Source of the DNA: Limnothrix sp. BL-A-16
GTDB taxonomy: Bacteria; Cyanobacteriota; Cyanobacteriia; CACIAM-69d
DNA length: 64,000 nt
Direction: 5' to 3'
Assembly (NCBI GenBank): GCA_041937175.2
Contig: CP166615.1
Coordinates: 2,176,001-2,240,000 of the forward strand
Below the pieces are notes generated by a model, which saw only the letters and a list, made by a program, of their open reading frames with translations, was not told the origin of the DNA and did no database searches. This document shows positions 30,543 through 41,066 of the stretch, piece by piece; the stretch's first letter is position 1, and every line of letters begins with the position of its first letter. The position numbers were made by a program, and so were the translations under genes.

Positions 30543-31538
30543 TTAGCCGCGCAGGTTGCGAATTTCCCGCTGCACTCGCCGCAACTCGTTTTTTTCCAAG
30601 TGCCGAATCACGGCGCGGGGCATCTGCTCCCGCTGGGCCAGCACCTGCAAAAACAGGGCTTCCGATTGTTTCAGCAATTCCAGGTTTTGGCTGCTGCGTC
30701 CTTGTTCGTAGAGAATTTGCCCTTTCAGATGCCAAAGATCGGGATTTTGGGGACTCTTGGCCAAGGCGCGATCGACTGAGGCGATCGCCTGGGAAAAGTT
30801 TTTGCGACGGCGGTAAATGGCCGCCAACAGGCGATCGACCACATAGTCGGGGCTGCCCCGCTGGAGGGAGTTCACAGCCCCATCCACATTGCCAAAGGGC
30901 AAGTTATCCGCCAACAACACATCCAGCGATCCCCGAATCAAGTTCAGTTCCGGATCGTTGGGGCTGATGGCCGCCGCTGCATCCAAAGCTTCGTTCACCT
31001 GGGACAGTTTGGCCAGGGCTTCTGGTGCGCCCTGAAGGGGGCCGCGACCCCCTTCGGACACAATAAACGCCCCTTCCAAAAAATGTCCCACGCCGATATA
31101 GAGGTTACCGCGCAGGGCATCCGTGGCTTTGAGGGTGTTGGCGGCGGCGAGGGTCTGGTTGGCGGCGGTTTGCACCTGATCCCACTGGCCATCGAGATAG
31201 GCCAATGCACCGGCTAAGGCATAGCCCAAAGGCTCTTGGGGTTCTTGGGCGATCGCCTCTTGGGCTAAACGGCGGGCGGCGGGGTAGTTGCCATTTTTGA
31301 ACAGCATGACGAAGGCTGCTTCCGCCCGATCGCCCACGGGGCGAGGATTTTGAGACCGGAACGGATCCGCCCCGGCCGGCAGAGCACCCCAGCCCCAGCA
31401 CAACCCGATCGCCCCGGCAGCCCAAGCAATTACCATCGATCGAGACAGGCGAGGCCGAGTCGATCGCTTTCGAGCGCGATCGGTCACCACAGGAGATCGC
31501 CCTTGAGCAACAAAGCGGCCGAGATCCATAACCATCAC
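30543..31538 (-). CDS. TPR-repeat exported protein (Sll0314/Alr1548-like)
   Basis: Signal peptide then ADPFR; LRGNLYIGVGHFLEGA, DPELNLIRG and TPR-like helices; true start probably downstream. Confidence 0.8.
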   Translation of the reverse strand: MMVMDLGRFVAQGRSPVVTDRARKRSTRPRLSRSMVIAWAAGAIGLCWGWGALPAGADPFRSQNPRPVGDRAEAAFVMLFKNGNYPAARRLAQEAIAQEPQEPLGYALAGALAYLDGQWDQVQTAANQTLAAANTLKATDALRGNLYIGVGHFLEGAFIVSEGGRGPLQGAPEALAKLSQVNEALDAAAAISPNDPELNLIRGSLDVLLADNLPFGNVDGAVNSLQRGSPDYVVDRLLAAIYRRRKNFSQAIASVDRALAKSPQNPDLWHLKGQILYEQGRSSQNLELLKQSEALFLQVLAQREQMPRAVIRHLEKNELRRVQREIRNLRG

Positions 31539-31655
31539 TCCTGAACGTATCGAAATATCGGATCGAACAATCGAACATGCGTTGAATCATTCATTCGAGC
31601 CGTTGATTAGCCCCCTACAATAGGGCCCGATCCACCTCCGCGCCCCCTTTCTTCC

Positions 31656-32291
31656 ATGCTGCGTTTGGACTCCGTTAGCTATCACCCCGCCGCCGCTGCC
31701 AAGGCCATTTTGCACCAAGTGAATCTGGAATTGGTTCCCCAACAACTGACCCTGGTGATTGGCCCCAGCGGTTCCGGCAAAAGCACCCTGTTGGAAATTT
31801 TGGCCGGCTTGGCCAGCCAAACCAGCGGACAAGTGCTGTGGCGCGATCGCCCCCTCTTTCCCGAGTCCCTGCAACAGTTAGCGGGGTTGGTGTTTCAATT
31901 TCCTGAGCGGCATTTTTGCGGCTCCACCGTGCTCGAAGAGTTGCGGCTGGGCCACCCGGAAATTAGCTCAGAGCAAATTCACGACGCTCTGACCGCTGTG
32001 GGGTTGGAACAGTTAGCCCTGAATCTTTCGCCCTACACCCTCAGCGGTGGCCAGCAACGGCGCTTGGCTCTGGCGGTGCAACTGATTCGCCAACCCAGCA
32101 TTTTGCTGTTGGACGAACCCACTGCCGGGTTGGATTGGTCTATGCGGCAACAGTTGGCCGGTTTGCTGTCGCGATTGAAGGCCCACTGGACTTTATTGGT
32201 GGTCACCCATGATCCCAGTGACCTTTTGGATGTGGCCGATCGCTGTTGGCAGCTTCAGCAAGGGCAACTCACGCCCACCCCTACGGCTTAG
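31656..32291 (+). CDS. ABC/ECF-type ATP-binding protein
   Basis: GPSGSGKS, VFQFPE, LSGGQQRR and LLLDEPTAGLD motifs. Confidence 0.92.
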   Translation: MLRLDSVSYHPAAAAKAILHQVNLELVPQQLTLVIGPSGSGKSTLLEILAGLASQTSGQVLWRDRPLFPESLQQLAGLVFQFPERHFCGSTVLEELRLGHPEISSEQIHDALTAVGLEQLALNLSPYTLSGGQQRRLALAVQLIRQPSILLLDEPTAGLDWSMRQQLAGLLSRLKAHWTLLVVTHDPSDLLDVADRCWQLQQGQLTPTPTA

Positions 32292-32367
32292 CCTTTGTCG
32301 ATCGCCCCAAAGCTCAGACCCATTCAGGCATCCTCTTCGGTTCTCGATCAAGCCTTTCGCCAGGCGT

Positions 32368-34131
32368 TCAACAGGGCAAAGTGAGCGTAAATATGCTGCC
32401 TTCGCCCACTTGGGATTGCAAATCGATCGCCCCGCCATGGGTTTCCACCACAATTTGATGGGCAATGGCCAACCCTAGGCCGGTTCCCCTGCCCACTTCT
32501 TTGGTGGTGAACATATAGTCAAAAATTCGCCGCTGCACCTCAGGGGGCATCCCCGGCCCATCATCCGCAATCATAATTTGAATTCTCGACTCGATCGCCC
32601 TTGTGCTGATCGTAATTTGGTGCGGCGATTGGGCTAATTCTTGAAAACTTTTGCCTTCGCTCAATTCATCGATCGCATCGATCGCGTTGGCCAAAATATT
32701 CATGAAAACCTGGTTGAGTTGCCCCGGAAAACAGTTAATTTCCGGCAATTGGCCATAGTGGGTCACCACTTCAATTTTCGGTCGTTGCTCATTGGCCTTG
32801 AGCCGATGTCGCAAGATCAAGACCGTACTATCAAGCCCATCATGCACATTAAAAAGTTGCTTTTCTATTCCATCGGTTCGCGAAAACGTTCTTAAACTTT
32901 GGCTAATGGCAGCAATTCGATCGCCTGAATCCTTAATGGCTTGCATCACATCCGGCACATCTTGCCGCAAATAGTCCAGGTCGATCGCATCTAGTTGCTG
33001 CTCAATGGTGATGCCCGGCTCAGGAAAATTCGCTTGATAGAGATCCAAGGTTTCGATTAAATCGGTCACGTAGTTCTGCATGACACTGACATTGCCCACA
33101 ATGCACCCGATCGGGTTATTGATTTCGTGGGCTACCCCGGCCACCAAATTGCCCAAAACCGACATTTTTTCAATTTGCACCAATTGCAATTGTGTCTTTT
33201 GCAGTTGCCAGAGTGCCTGTTCTAACTCTTCAGATTTTTGGCGAATGGCCGCTTCCACAGCTTTTCGATCGCTAATATCCCGGACGATCGCCTGCAAAAT
33301 TGCCTGATCATCTATTTCCATTCGGCAAAGCTGTACTTCGGCAATAAATTCCGAGCCATCCCAGCGGGAATGTTGCCACTCAAAACGGTCATAGCCCCGG
33401 GTGAGTGCCGTCATAATATGATCAGTGGCTGCTTCGCTCGATAAGCGCCCGTTGGGTTGATATTCCGGAGAAATTTGTGAAGGATGCTTACCACAAAATT
33501 CTGATTTTGCTGGGCACTTAAAGATAGCCAACGTCGCCGAATTACAATCCACAAAGCACTTTTCGCTCAAGAGCATAATCGCATCATTATTAGACTCATA
33601 CACCGCCCGCAACCGAGATTCATTGCGCTGCACGGTTTGGTAAAGTCTTGCATGATCTAGGGCGATCGCGGCCTGGTTCGCCAAGCAATCCAAAACCATG
33701 AGTCGATCGTCCGTAAAGAGTCCCTGAGCCGATCGATGTTCCAGATATAAAATGCCCAATAGAGTCTCTTGGTTCAGCAATGGCAAGCAGAGCAAACTCT
33801 GAGGGCGATGAATCTTTAAATAATTGCCAATGACAGGCAAATCAGTGCAAAGATTTTCAATAGCAATTGGTTTTAGGTGTGTTTCTGCATATTGAATGAG
33901 CTTACTGGGCACGTCTTGGCTATGTGCAAGAGGTAACGTTGTTAGCTGCACCCCTCGAGAATCTGCCAGGGCCCGCAGTTCCCACTCACCATCTTGCAAT
34001 AGAAGCAGGGCACATTTTTCTGCGCCTGAATATTCCAGAACATGGCTGGACAACACTTGCAGCAGCTCGTTGATTTCGATGGTGCGAGCGATCGCCTGGG
34101 AAACTCGAAACAGCGTTGACAGATGAATCAT
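32368..34131 (-). CDS. GAF-PAS sensor histidine kinase
   Basis: GAF (GILYLEH...QAAIAL), PAS, H-box AHEINNP, N-box NQVFMNILANAIDA, G-boxes DDGPG and GTGLGL. Confidence 0.92.
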   Translation of the reverse strand: MIHLSTLFRVSQAIARTIEINELLQVLSSHVLEYSGAEKCALLLLQDGEWELRALADSRGVQLTTLPLAHSQDVPSKLIQYAETHLKPIAIENLCTDLPVIGNYLKIHRPQSLLCLPLLNQETLLGILYLEHRSAQGLFTDDRLMVLDCLANQAAIALDHARLYQTVQRNESRLRAVYESNNDAIMLLSEKCFVDCNSATLAIFKCPAKSEFCGKHPSQISPEYQPNGRLSSEAATDHIMTALTRGYDRFEWQHSRWDGSEFIAEVQLCRMEIDDQAILQAIVRDISDRKAVEAAIRQKSEELEQALWQLQKTQLQLVQIEKMSVLGNLVAGVAHEINNPIGCIVGNVSVMQNYVTDLIETLDLYQANFPEPGITIEQQLDAIDLDYLRQDVPDVMQAIKDSGDRIAAISQSLRTFSRTDGIEKQLFNVHDGLDSTVLILRHRLKANEQRPKIEVVTHYGQLPEINCFPGQLNQVFMNILANAIDAIDELSEGKSFQELAQSPHQITISTRAIESRIQIMIADDGPGMPPEVQRRIFDYMFTTKEVGRGTGLGLAIAHQIVVETHGGAIDLQSQVGEGSIFTLTLPC

Positions 34132-34408
34132 GGTTAGGGGCTTGATTCTGTCGGTAAGGGCTTAAATAATCAACGTCCGTAGCCAATTCACTTCAACAAG
34201 CAACAAAAATTTGTCAGTCAATATTCAAGACAAGAAGAGATGCCGATCACAAACTGCATATGGAAATATACTCAATATACAAGAATACACAGATAATGTA
34301 TAAAGATCGATTTTCTTGCACAAAAAGCGAAACAAGAAAAATCTACAAGAAAGCTTTAAAAATATTTATCTCGAATTAAACCTAGGCTAATCATTTTGGC
34401 ATTCATTA

Positions 34409-34539
34409 GAGAATATTTGAAAAGTATCTTTCGACCCGTACCAAACACCAATAGTTGTGGGGGCAAGATGCTCAAGCCCCTTGTCTATGTCGATCACTGG
34501 AGCGTACAGAGTAGCAATTTTGGCTTTTCAGACATCCTC
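34409..34539 (+). mobile_element. MITE family A, copy 2 (131 bp)
   Basis: GAGAATATTTGAAAAG...CTTTTCAGACATCCTC, TTA/TTA flanks; core variant CAAGATGCTCAAGCCCCTTG at 34464. Confidence 0.85.
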
Positions 34540-35154
34540 TTAAGATTGCTGTTGATGATGATTTGAATTCCAGGTTCAAATGATTTTTTGTGGCAACGAT
34601 CATTTGAGCGATAGTTTAGCCGTCAGCCAGAGCTGTGATCGCAAGCTGCCTTGGGTTTCTTGGTTGTTCATCAACAAACATGAGGATTCAGGATGATCCG
34701 TGGCGATCGATCCGTGAATTGCTGATCCGTGAATGGTTGATCAGTCAATTTTGGACTGATCTGGTCAAGAGGATAAGCGCGATCGAGCAGTTGACAAGGC
34801 TGATGAGTGAACGATCAGACAATTGTCAGTGCTGATATTTTGAGTGCCGATTAAAGCATCAACTTCGAGTTTTAATGAGGTCTGAGAAGTATAAAGAATT
34901 GCGGCCGCTTGGGATATTGATCGAGATCACTAGGAATTGTGACCCTATCGATTGGGATTTAACCCCTTGCTGAGGAGCAAACCAACTGAATCCGAAATGT
35001 GGATTGGACAATCGCCCGATCGGGATGAGGCCAGCGGGTGATGGGGCTGGGGCGGCCCGATCGCACCAAATCTGCGACAAAATAGGGAAATCCTGACCGT
35101 TGTGGCCCTGCCTTTGGATCGGTGGATCCAGTGGATTAACGTGGATTAACCTTG

Positions 35155-35892
35155 ATGACCCTCGCTTTTGACGAACAGACGAATCAGCGTCTGGCTGAAA
35201 CCATTGACCTGGCCCAATACATTGACCATGCGCTGTTGCACCCGGCGGCGGGGCCGCAGCATGTGGAACAGTGGTGCGCGGAGGCCGATCGCTTTGGTTT
35301 TGCGGGTGTTTGTGTGATGCCCACCCATGTACGCCAGGCGGTGTCCTTGTTGCACAATCGGCAACCGGTGGTGATTTGCCCGATCGGGTTTCCATCCGGA
35401 GCCACCACCACCCGAACCAAGTGCGTGGAAGCAGAAGAAGCCCTGGAGCAGGGGGCGCGGGAGTTGGAGGTGATGCTGAATCTGGGTTGGCTGAAGGCCG
35501 GTGCGGCCGACGCGGTGCATCGGGAAATTGCGGAAATTGTGGAGATGGCCAGCGCCAGCGCGTTGGTGAAGGTGATTTTGGAGTGGTCGCTGCTGGAGGC
35601 GGCAGAGCGACAGTTGGCGGTGGAAATTGCCATGGATGCGGGGGCGGCATTCCTGAAAACCCACACGGGCTGGAATGGGGGCGTGTCGATCGAGGATGTG
35701 CGGTTGTTGAAGGATTGGACCCGGGGCCGGATTGGGATTAAGGCGGCCGGCGGCATCCACACCACGGATCAGGCGATCGCCCTGATTGAGGCCGGGGCCA
35801 CCCGTTTGGGCACATCGCGCGGGGTGGACTTCTTGCGGCGCGATCGAGCGGCCGGTTGGGCTGCCGAAACGGAGGAGCCGCCCACCGCATGA
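35155..35892 (+). CDS. deoC: Deoxyribose-phosphate aldolase
   Basis: [31 protein letters not shown] and RLGTS motifs; ATGA overlap with recO. Confidence 0.9.
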   Translation: MTLAFDEQTNQRLAETIDLAQYIDHALLHPAAGPQHVEQWCAEADRFGFAGVCVMPTHVRQAVSLLHNRQPVVICPIGFPSGATTTRTKCVEAEEALEQGARELEVMLNLGWLKAGAADAVHREIAEIVEMASASALVKVILEWSLLEAAERQLAVEIAMDAGAAFLKTHTGWNGGVSIEDVRLLKDWTRGRIGIKAAGGIHTTDQAIALIEAGATRLGTSRGVDFLRRDRAAGWAAETEEPPTA

Positions 35893-36791
35893 ACCATTCC
35901 CGCACCTACCCGGCGACGGGCATCAACCTCAAGGGCGTGCCGTTGGGGGAGTCGGATCTGTTGCTGACGATTTTGACCTTGGAATTTGGGTTAATTCGGG
36001 CAGTGGCCCCCGGCGCACGCAAGCCGAAATCAAAAATTGGGGGCCGCAGCAATCTGTTTGTGGTGAATGAGCTGCTCGTGAACCGTGGGCGCAGTCTCGA
36101 TCGCATTGCTCAAGCCCAATCGATCACGGCCTATGCGGGTCTCACAAGGGATTTGGGGAAGCTGATCACGGCTCAATATTGGGCCGAGTTGGCCTTGGCC
36201 CAGGCCTTGGATGGCCATCCCCAACCGGATTTGTTCACAACCCTGAATGAGGATCTCCATGATTTGGAGGCGCTGCCTTTACCGAGCGATCGAGTGGCGG
36301 CCTTGGGTCAGTTGTTGCCAATCCTCTGCGCCGGGATTGGTCGCCTGTTGGCGGTGGCGGGAGTGGCTCCGCAGTTGGGCCAGTGCAATTTAACGGAACG
36401 CCCGATCGCCCCCGATTGGACAGATCCCCATTGGCGGGTGGGGTTCAGTGCCGCTGCGGGCGGAGCGATCGACCTGGCGGCCCTGGACAATCCGGAGGCC
36501 ATGGCCTGGCTGGCGGCGCGACAACCCACAAGGGTGCTGCCCAGCTCGGGAGTCTCCGTCAAGTTTTCGCCCTTGCGCTTAACGGCCACCGAGTGGCAAA
36601 GCCTGAATGATTTATTTGCAGCATCACCACCGAGCGATCGGGCAACCTTGGCCGATCCCCTGCGCCATTGGCAGCGGCTGGAGCGTCTGTTACGGCACTA
36701 TGCCCAATATCATTTTGGACAGGGGATTCGATCGGCCAAATCCCTGGAAACCTACCTGAACACGGCCCTGGCCCCGCCTGCTTTGGTGTAA
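35889..36791 (+). CDS. recO: DNA repair protein RecO
   Basis: [33 protein letters not shown]-terminus; cyanobacterial deoC-recO order. Confidence 0.92.
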   Translation: MNHSRTYPATGINLKGVPLGESDLLLTILTLEFGLIRAVAPGARKPKSKIGGRSNLFVVNELLVNRGRSLDRIAQAQSITAYAGLTRDLGKLITAQYWAELALAQALDGHPQPDLFTTLNEDLHDLEALPLPSDRVAALGQLLPILCAGIGRLLAVAGVAPQLGQCNLTERPIAPDWTDPHWRVGFSAAAGGAIDLAALDNPEAMAWLAARQPTRVLPSSGVSVKFSPLRLTATEWQSLNDLFAASPPSDRATLADPLRHWQRLERLLRHYAQYHFGQGIRSAKSLETYLNTALAPPALV

Positions 36792-36865
36792 TTCTCCACA
36801 AACCACCGGTTTAGGGCCCGTTGCCGACTCGATTCCATCGCTTGCCATCTTTTCCCCGATCGCCC

Positions 36866-38386
36866 ATGTCCCCCACTTCGTCCCAACCCGACACGCCCCC
36901 AGCGGAACTGCACAAGAGCCAACCGGCCCCCCAACCGTTGCCCCTGAAAAAGCGGCTCACGGAAGAGGTGGACGAGTTGGCCGAACTGGTGCTGCATGGG
37001 GCGGGCCATGATCAGGCGGCGATCGAGGCAGCTCGCCTGGCCAAGGAGAAAGGACTCGAACCCGCCTCCGCCGATCCCGAAGAAACGGGATTTTTGCCGG
37101 TGCTGAAAAATCGCAACTTCCTGGCCCTGTGGAGTGGGCAAGTGTTTTCGCAACTGGCAGATAAGGTTTATCTGATCATGGCGATCTCAATCGTGGCCGC
37201 CCGGTTCCAAGAACCCGGCCAAACCATCAGCGGCTGGGTTTCCGCCATCACGATCGCCTTCACGATTCCGGCCGTGTTGTTCGGTTCCCTGGCGGGAATT
37301 TATGTCGATCGATGGCAAAAACAAACGGTGCTGGTGGTCACCAATGTGGTGCGCGGGCTGTTGGTGTTGGCCTTGCCGGTGGTGTTGGCCCTGACGGCCG
37401 ATGGCCCGGAGGTGATGGGCATCCCGATCGGCTTTGGGGCCCTGTTGGCCATGACCTTTTGCGTTTCCACCCTCACCCAATATTTTGCCCCCGCCGAGCA
37501 AGCCACCATTCCCCTGATCGTGCCACCGCAACACCTGCTGTCGGCCAACTCTCTCTACACCACCACCATGATGGCCTCCACGATCGTCGGGTTTGCCGTG
37601 GGGGAACCGCTGCTGGCCCTGGCCAATCATCTGGTTGCTCGTTGGGGGCTAGGGGAAAACTTGGGCCAAGAACTGCTAATTGGCGGCAGCTACGCGATCG
37701 CGGGTGGCCTGTTGCTGTGGATGAAAACCGGCGAAGCTCCCGAAGACCACACGATCGAACGCCCCCACGTCCTGGACGATTTGCGCGACGGGTTTCGCTA
37801 TCTGCTCGATCGCCCCATGATCCGCAACGCCCTGATTCAACTCACGATCCTGTTTTCGATCTTCGCGGCCCTGGCGGTTTTGGCCGTGCGGATGGCGGAA
37901 GTGATCCCCGACATCAAAGCCTCCCAATTTGGGTTGCTGTTGGCGGCCGGGAGCGCAGGCTTGGGGGTAGGAGCCTTGCTGCTCGGTCAATTTGGCAGCC
38001 GCTGGCCCTACACCCGATCGGCCCTCTTCGGTTCCTTTGGCATGGGAGCGGCCCTCGTGGCCCTCGCCAGCACCGCCACCCACCTCTGGGGCGCAGTGAC
38101 CGCGATCGTCTGTCTGGGAGCCGCCGCCGCCTTCGTGGGCATCCCCATGCAAACCACCATCCAGCACGAAACCCCCGAGGAAATGCGCGGCAAAGTCTTT
38201 GGCTTACAAAACAACGCCGTAAACGTGGCCCTCAGTTTGCCCCTGGCCCTCTCCAGCGTGGCCGAAGCCTATTGGGGGTTGCCTGCGGTGCTGCTGTTGT
38301 TGGCCGTTTTGGCAATCGCAGGCGGCGTAGCAACCTGGTATATTTCCGTTACGAGTTTGCAGCGATCGACCTCAGAGGATGTTTGA
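36866..38386 (+). CDS. MFS transporter
   Basis: About 12 TM helices; NFLALWSGQVFSQLADK, AGIYVDRW and RGKVFG motifs; last codons supplied by a MITE. Confidence 0.9.
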   Translation: MSPTSSQPDTPPAELHKSQPAPQPLPLKKRLTEEVDELAELVLHGAGHDQAAIEAARLAKEKGLEPASADPEETGFLPVLKNRNFLALWSGQVFSQLADKVYLIMAISIVAARFQEPGQTISGWVSAITIAFTIPAVLFGSLAGIYVDRWQKQTVLVVTNVVRGLLVLALPVVLALTADGPEVMGIPIGFGALLAMTFCVSTLTQYFAPAEQATIPLIVPPQHLLSANSLYTTTMMASTIVGFAVGEPLLALANHLVARWGLGENLGQELLIGGSYAIAGGLLLWMKTGEAPEDHTIERPHVLDDLRDGFRYLLDRPMIRNALIQLTILFSIFAALAVLAVRMAEVIPDIKASQFGLLLAAGSAGLGVGALLLGQFGSRWPYTRSALFGSFGMGAALVALASTATHLWGAVTAIVCLGAAAAFVGIPMQTTIQHETPEEMRGKVFGLQNNAVNVALSLPLALSSVAEAYWGLPAVLLLLAVLAIAGGVATWYISVTSLQRSTSEDV

Positions 38387-38504
38387 AAAGTATTCTTTGG
38401 CACGGGCAAGCACCAATAGCCGCAGGGACAAGGGGCTTAAGCCCCTTGTCTAAGTCGATCACTGGGGCGTACAGAGTAGCAATTTTGGCTTTTCAGACAT
38501 CCTC
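38375..38504 (+). mobile_element. MITE family A, copy 3 (130 bp)
   Basis: GAGGATGTTTGAAAAG...CTTTTCAGACATCCTC, flanks TCA/TAA; core at 38429. Confidence 0.85.
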
Positions 38505-38529
38505 TAAGCGCTCCCCCGGTATGCATTTT

Positions 38530-38753
38530 GTTGCTGAATTTGTGTTATTGAATTTGTGTTGTTGAATTTCTGCTGCTGAGTTTGTGTTGTTGAGTTTGTG
38601 TTGCTAAATTCTTGTTGCTAAATTCTTGTTGTTGAGTTTGTGTTTTTGAGCTTGTGTTACTAAATTCTTGTTGTTGAATTTGTGTTGCTGAATTCTTGCT
38701 GTTGAACTCTTGTTTTTAAATCTCTGTTGTTAAATTTCCGTTGTTGAGTTCCT
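38530..38753. repeat. Tandem array of 16 degenerate 14-bp units (about GTTGYTRARTTYKT)
   Basis: Read unit by unit: gttgctgaatttgt, gttattgaatttgt, gttgttgaatttct ... gttgttgagttcct; no spacers. Confidence 0.9.
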
Positions 38754-38819
38754 CTTGATTGGGTGAATTCACCAATTCATTAGCCCAATCATTTTCGCTA
38801 ATTCAGGTTTCCGGATTCC

Positions 38820-39965
38820 ATGCACGTCGCTTGGTTGGGTAAACGATCTCCATTTTGCGGCAACGTCACCTACAGCCGAGAGATCACGAACGCATTACGC
38901 GATCGGGGGCACGAGGTGAGCTTTTTACACTTTGCCCAAGAAGAAGAAACCGAAGACGAAGCACAGCGGGATGTGAAAGAAGTCCCGCTTCCCTATCTCT
39001 ATAAATCCCAAATTTATACGTTGCCCACCTTTGGGGCCAGCAAGGTTTTGACGCAATCTCTCACCCGGTTGCGTCCCCATTTGCTCCATGCATCCTTGAC
39101 CCTTTCGCCGTTGGATTTTGTTTTGCCAGAAATTTGCGACGAATTACAATTGCCGCTAATTTCCACCTTTCACCCTGCTTTCGATCAAAAATTACGCAAT
39201 TTCACCTCCGGCACTCAACAGCTAACCTATCAACTCTATGCACCCTTTTTAGCTAGCTATGACTGCACGATCGTCTTCTCCCAAATTCAGCGCGATATGC
39301 TGATCAAGCTGGGGGTTGAGGGCGATCGAGTGGCGGTGATTCCCAATGGAGTTGATGTGCTCAAATATGCCCCCGGCCCCTCGCCAGTGAAACGGGAATT
39401 GGGGTGCGATCGCCTCTTTGTCTATGTGGGCCGTCTGGCACAAGAGAAAAACGTTGAACCCCTGCTCAAGGCTTGGAAAAAAGCGAAAATGCCCAGCCAT
39501 TGCAAACTGGCGATCGTTGGCAGCGGCCCCCTGAAAGCCTCCCTCCAAGCGTTCTATGGCCCCGAGCATGGGGTGGAATGGATGGGCTATGTGGCTAACG
39601 AAAGTCGCCGGATCGACATCTTGCGGGCCGCCGATGTGTTTGTGCTGCCCTCATTAGTGGAAGGGTTGTCTCTCTCGTTGCTGGAGGCGATGGCCTGCGG
39701 GGTTGCTTGTTTGGCAACCGAGGTGGGGGCCGATGGCGAGGCGATCGAACAGGGAGCCGGAATTCGCCTCAATCCGCAAAAAGTCTATGGACAATTGCGA
39801 ACCTTGCTGCCCATGCTGGCAGAACATGAGGAAATCACCGCCTTGCTGGGCCAGCGGGCCCGGGAGCGTGTTTTGGAGCGCTACACCCTCGATCGCAACC
39901 TCAACCAACTCGAAGCCCTTTACGGGGAAATTTTGAAACGGAAGCGATCGCCTCTGGTGCGTTAG
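38820..39965 (+). CDS. dgdA: GT4 glycosyltransferase, probable DGDG synthase
   Basis: MHVAWLGKRSPFCGNVTY N-terminus, PNGVD, GRLAQEKN and EGLSLSLLEAMACG; position after deoC-recO-MFS as I recall for dgdA. Confidence 0.72.
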   Translation: MHVAWLGKRSPFCGNVTYSREITNALRDRGHEVSFLHFAQEEETEDEAQRDVKEVPLPYLYKSQIYTLPTFGASKVLTQSLTRLRPHLLHASLTLSPLDFVLPEICDELQLPLISTFHPAFDQKLRNFTSGTQQLTYQLYAPFLASYDCTIVFSQIQRDMLIKLGVEGDRVAVIPNGVDVLKYAPGPSPVKRELGCDRLFVYVGRLAQEKNVEPLLKAWKKAKMPSHCKLAIVGSGPLKASLQAFYGPEHGVEWMGYVANESRRIDILRAADVFVLPSLVEGLSLSLLEAMACGVACLATEVGADGEAIEQGAGIRLNPQKVYGQLRTLLPMLAEHEEITALLGQRARERVLERYTLDRNLNQLEALYGEILKRKRSPLVR

Positions 39966-39972
39966 TGAACAA

Positions 39973-40025
39973 GCAAAGGGTAAAAGGCAAAAAGTAAAAA
40001 GCAAAGGGTAAAAGGTAAAAAGCAA
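39973..40025. repeat. Heptamer tandem repeats (G[C/T]AAA[A/G][A/G]), STRR-like
   Basis: gcaaagg gtaaaag gcaaaaa gtaaaaa gcaaagg gtaaaag gtaaaaa. Confidence 0.75.
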
Positions 40026-40094
40026 GCAGTCGGTAAAAACGAAAAGTCAGAAGTTCAATTCAATTCAACAGTCCACATACTGGGAACCTTGCCC

Positions 40095-41003
40095 ATGTTC
40101 CAGTTACCCCGAAAATCCCTGAGCGATCGCCAATGGGCCCTGCTCACGCCCTATCTATTCCTGCTGCCGGCCCTGGTCGTCCTGACCATCACCACCTTTT
40201 ATCCAGCCCTCCAAGCCTTTTACCTCAGCTTCACGCGCTATGACTACGACCTGACCGAAGCACCGCGCTGGGTGGGCGGGGCCAACTTCCTGCGCCTGTG
40301 GGGCGATCGGCTGTTTTGGAAAACCCTGGGCCAAACGATCATCTACCTACTAACCGTCGTCCCCATCCTGACGATCGCCCCCTTGGGTTTGGCCATTTTG
40401 GTAAACCAAAAATTGGCGGGGATTCGTTGGTTTCGTGCTGCCTATTATGTGCCCGTGATTGTGTCGAGCGTGGTGGCCGGCATTGCCTGGAATTGGATGT
40501 ATGCGGAAAATGGCCTGCTGAACCAACTGTTCACCGGACTTGGCCTTGTTTCTCGTCCCATTCCCTGGCTGACCAGTCCCCAATGGGCCCTTTGGAGCGT
40601 GATGGCCGTTACGGTCTGGAAAGGCCTCGGCTATTACATGGTGGTTTATTTAGCCGGACTGCAAGCCATTCCCGCCGACCTTTACGAAGCTGCCGCCCTC
40701 GATGGCTCCGATGGTTGGCGCAAACATTGGGATATTACGGTTCCGTTGATGCGCCCCTACTGGCTGTTGGTGGCCACCATTTCCGCCATTTCCGCCACCA
40801 AGGTCTTTGAAGAAGTGTTCATCATGACCCAAGGCGGCCCCCGCAGCAGCTCTAAAACCGTGGTCTATTACCTCTATGAACAGGCCTTTGAAAACCTAGA
40901 AATGAGCTATGCCTGCGCGATCGGGCTAGTGTTGTTCCTGCTGGTTTTGGGCTTTTCAACCCTGCGGCTGTTGATTCCCAACCAAGCACCCACCAATCCC
41001 TAA
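40095..41003 (+). CDS. Carbohydrate ABC transporter permease
   Basis: EAA loop LYEAAALDG, WKGLGYYMVVYLAGLQAIP and MTQGGP motifs. Confidence 0.92.
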   Translation: MFQLPRKSLSDRQWALLTPYLFLLPALVVLTITTFYPALQAFYLSFTRYDYDLTEAPRWVGGANFLRLWGDRLFWKTLGQTIIYLLTVVPILTIAPLGLAILVNQKLAGIRWFRAAYYVPVIVSSVVAGIAWNWMYAENGLLNQLFTGLGLVSRPIPWLTSPQWALWSVMAVTVWKGLGYYMVVYLAGLQAIPADLYEAAALDGSDGWRKHWDITVPLMRPYWLLVATISAISATKVFEEVFIMTQGGPRSSSKTVVYYLYEQAFENLEMSYACAIGLVLFLLVLGFSTLRLLIPNQAPTNP

Positions 41004-41066
41004 GCCCCTTGTCCCCACGATCGCCTCACGGTGAAATCCAGATTTCAGACTATCCGACGATCGGTT

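Noticed and set aside
30376..30735. 119-aa ORF containing VGWVEARNPT
   Set aside because: The motif is simply the translated REP doublet, and the ORF overlaps the TPR gene
37312..38565. 417-aa alternative-frame ORF
   Set aside because: Overlaps the MFS gene in another frame; Arg/Gly/Pro-rich artefact of high GC
38530..38753. CRISPR array
   Set aside because: Contiguous degenerate 14-mers with no unique spacers, and no cas genes in the window
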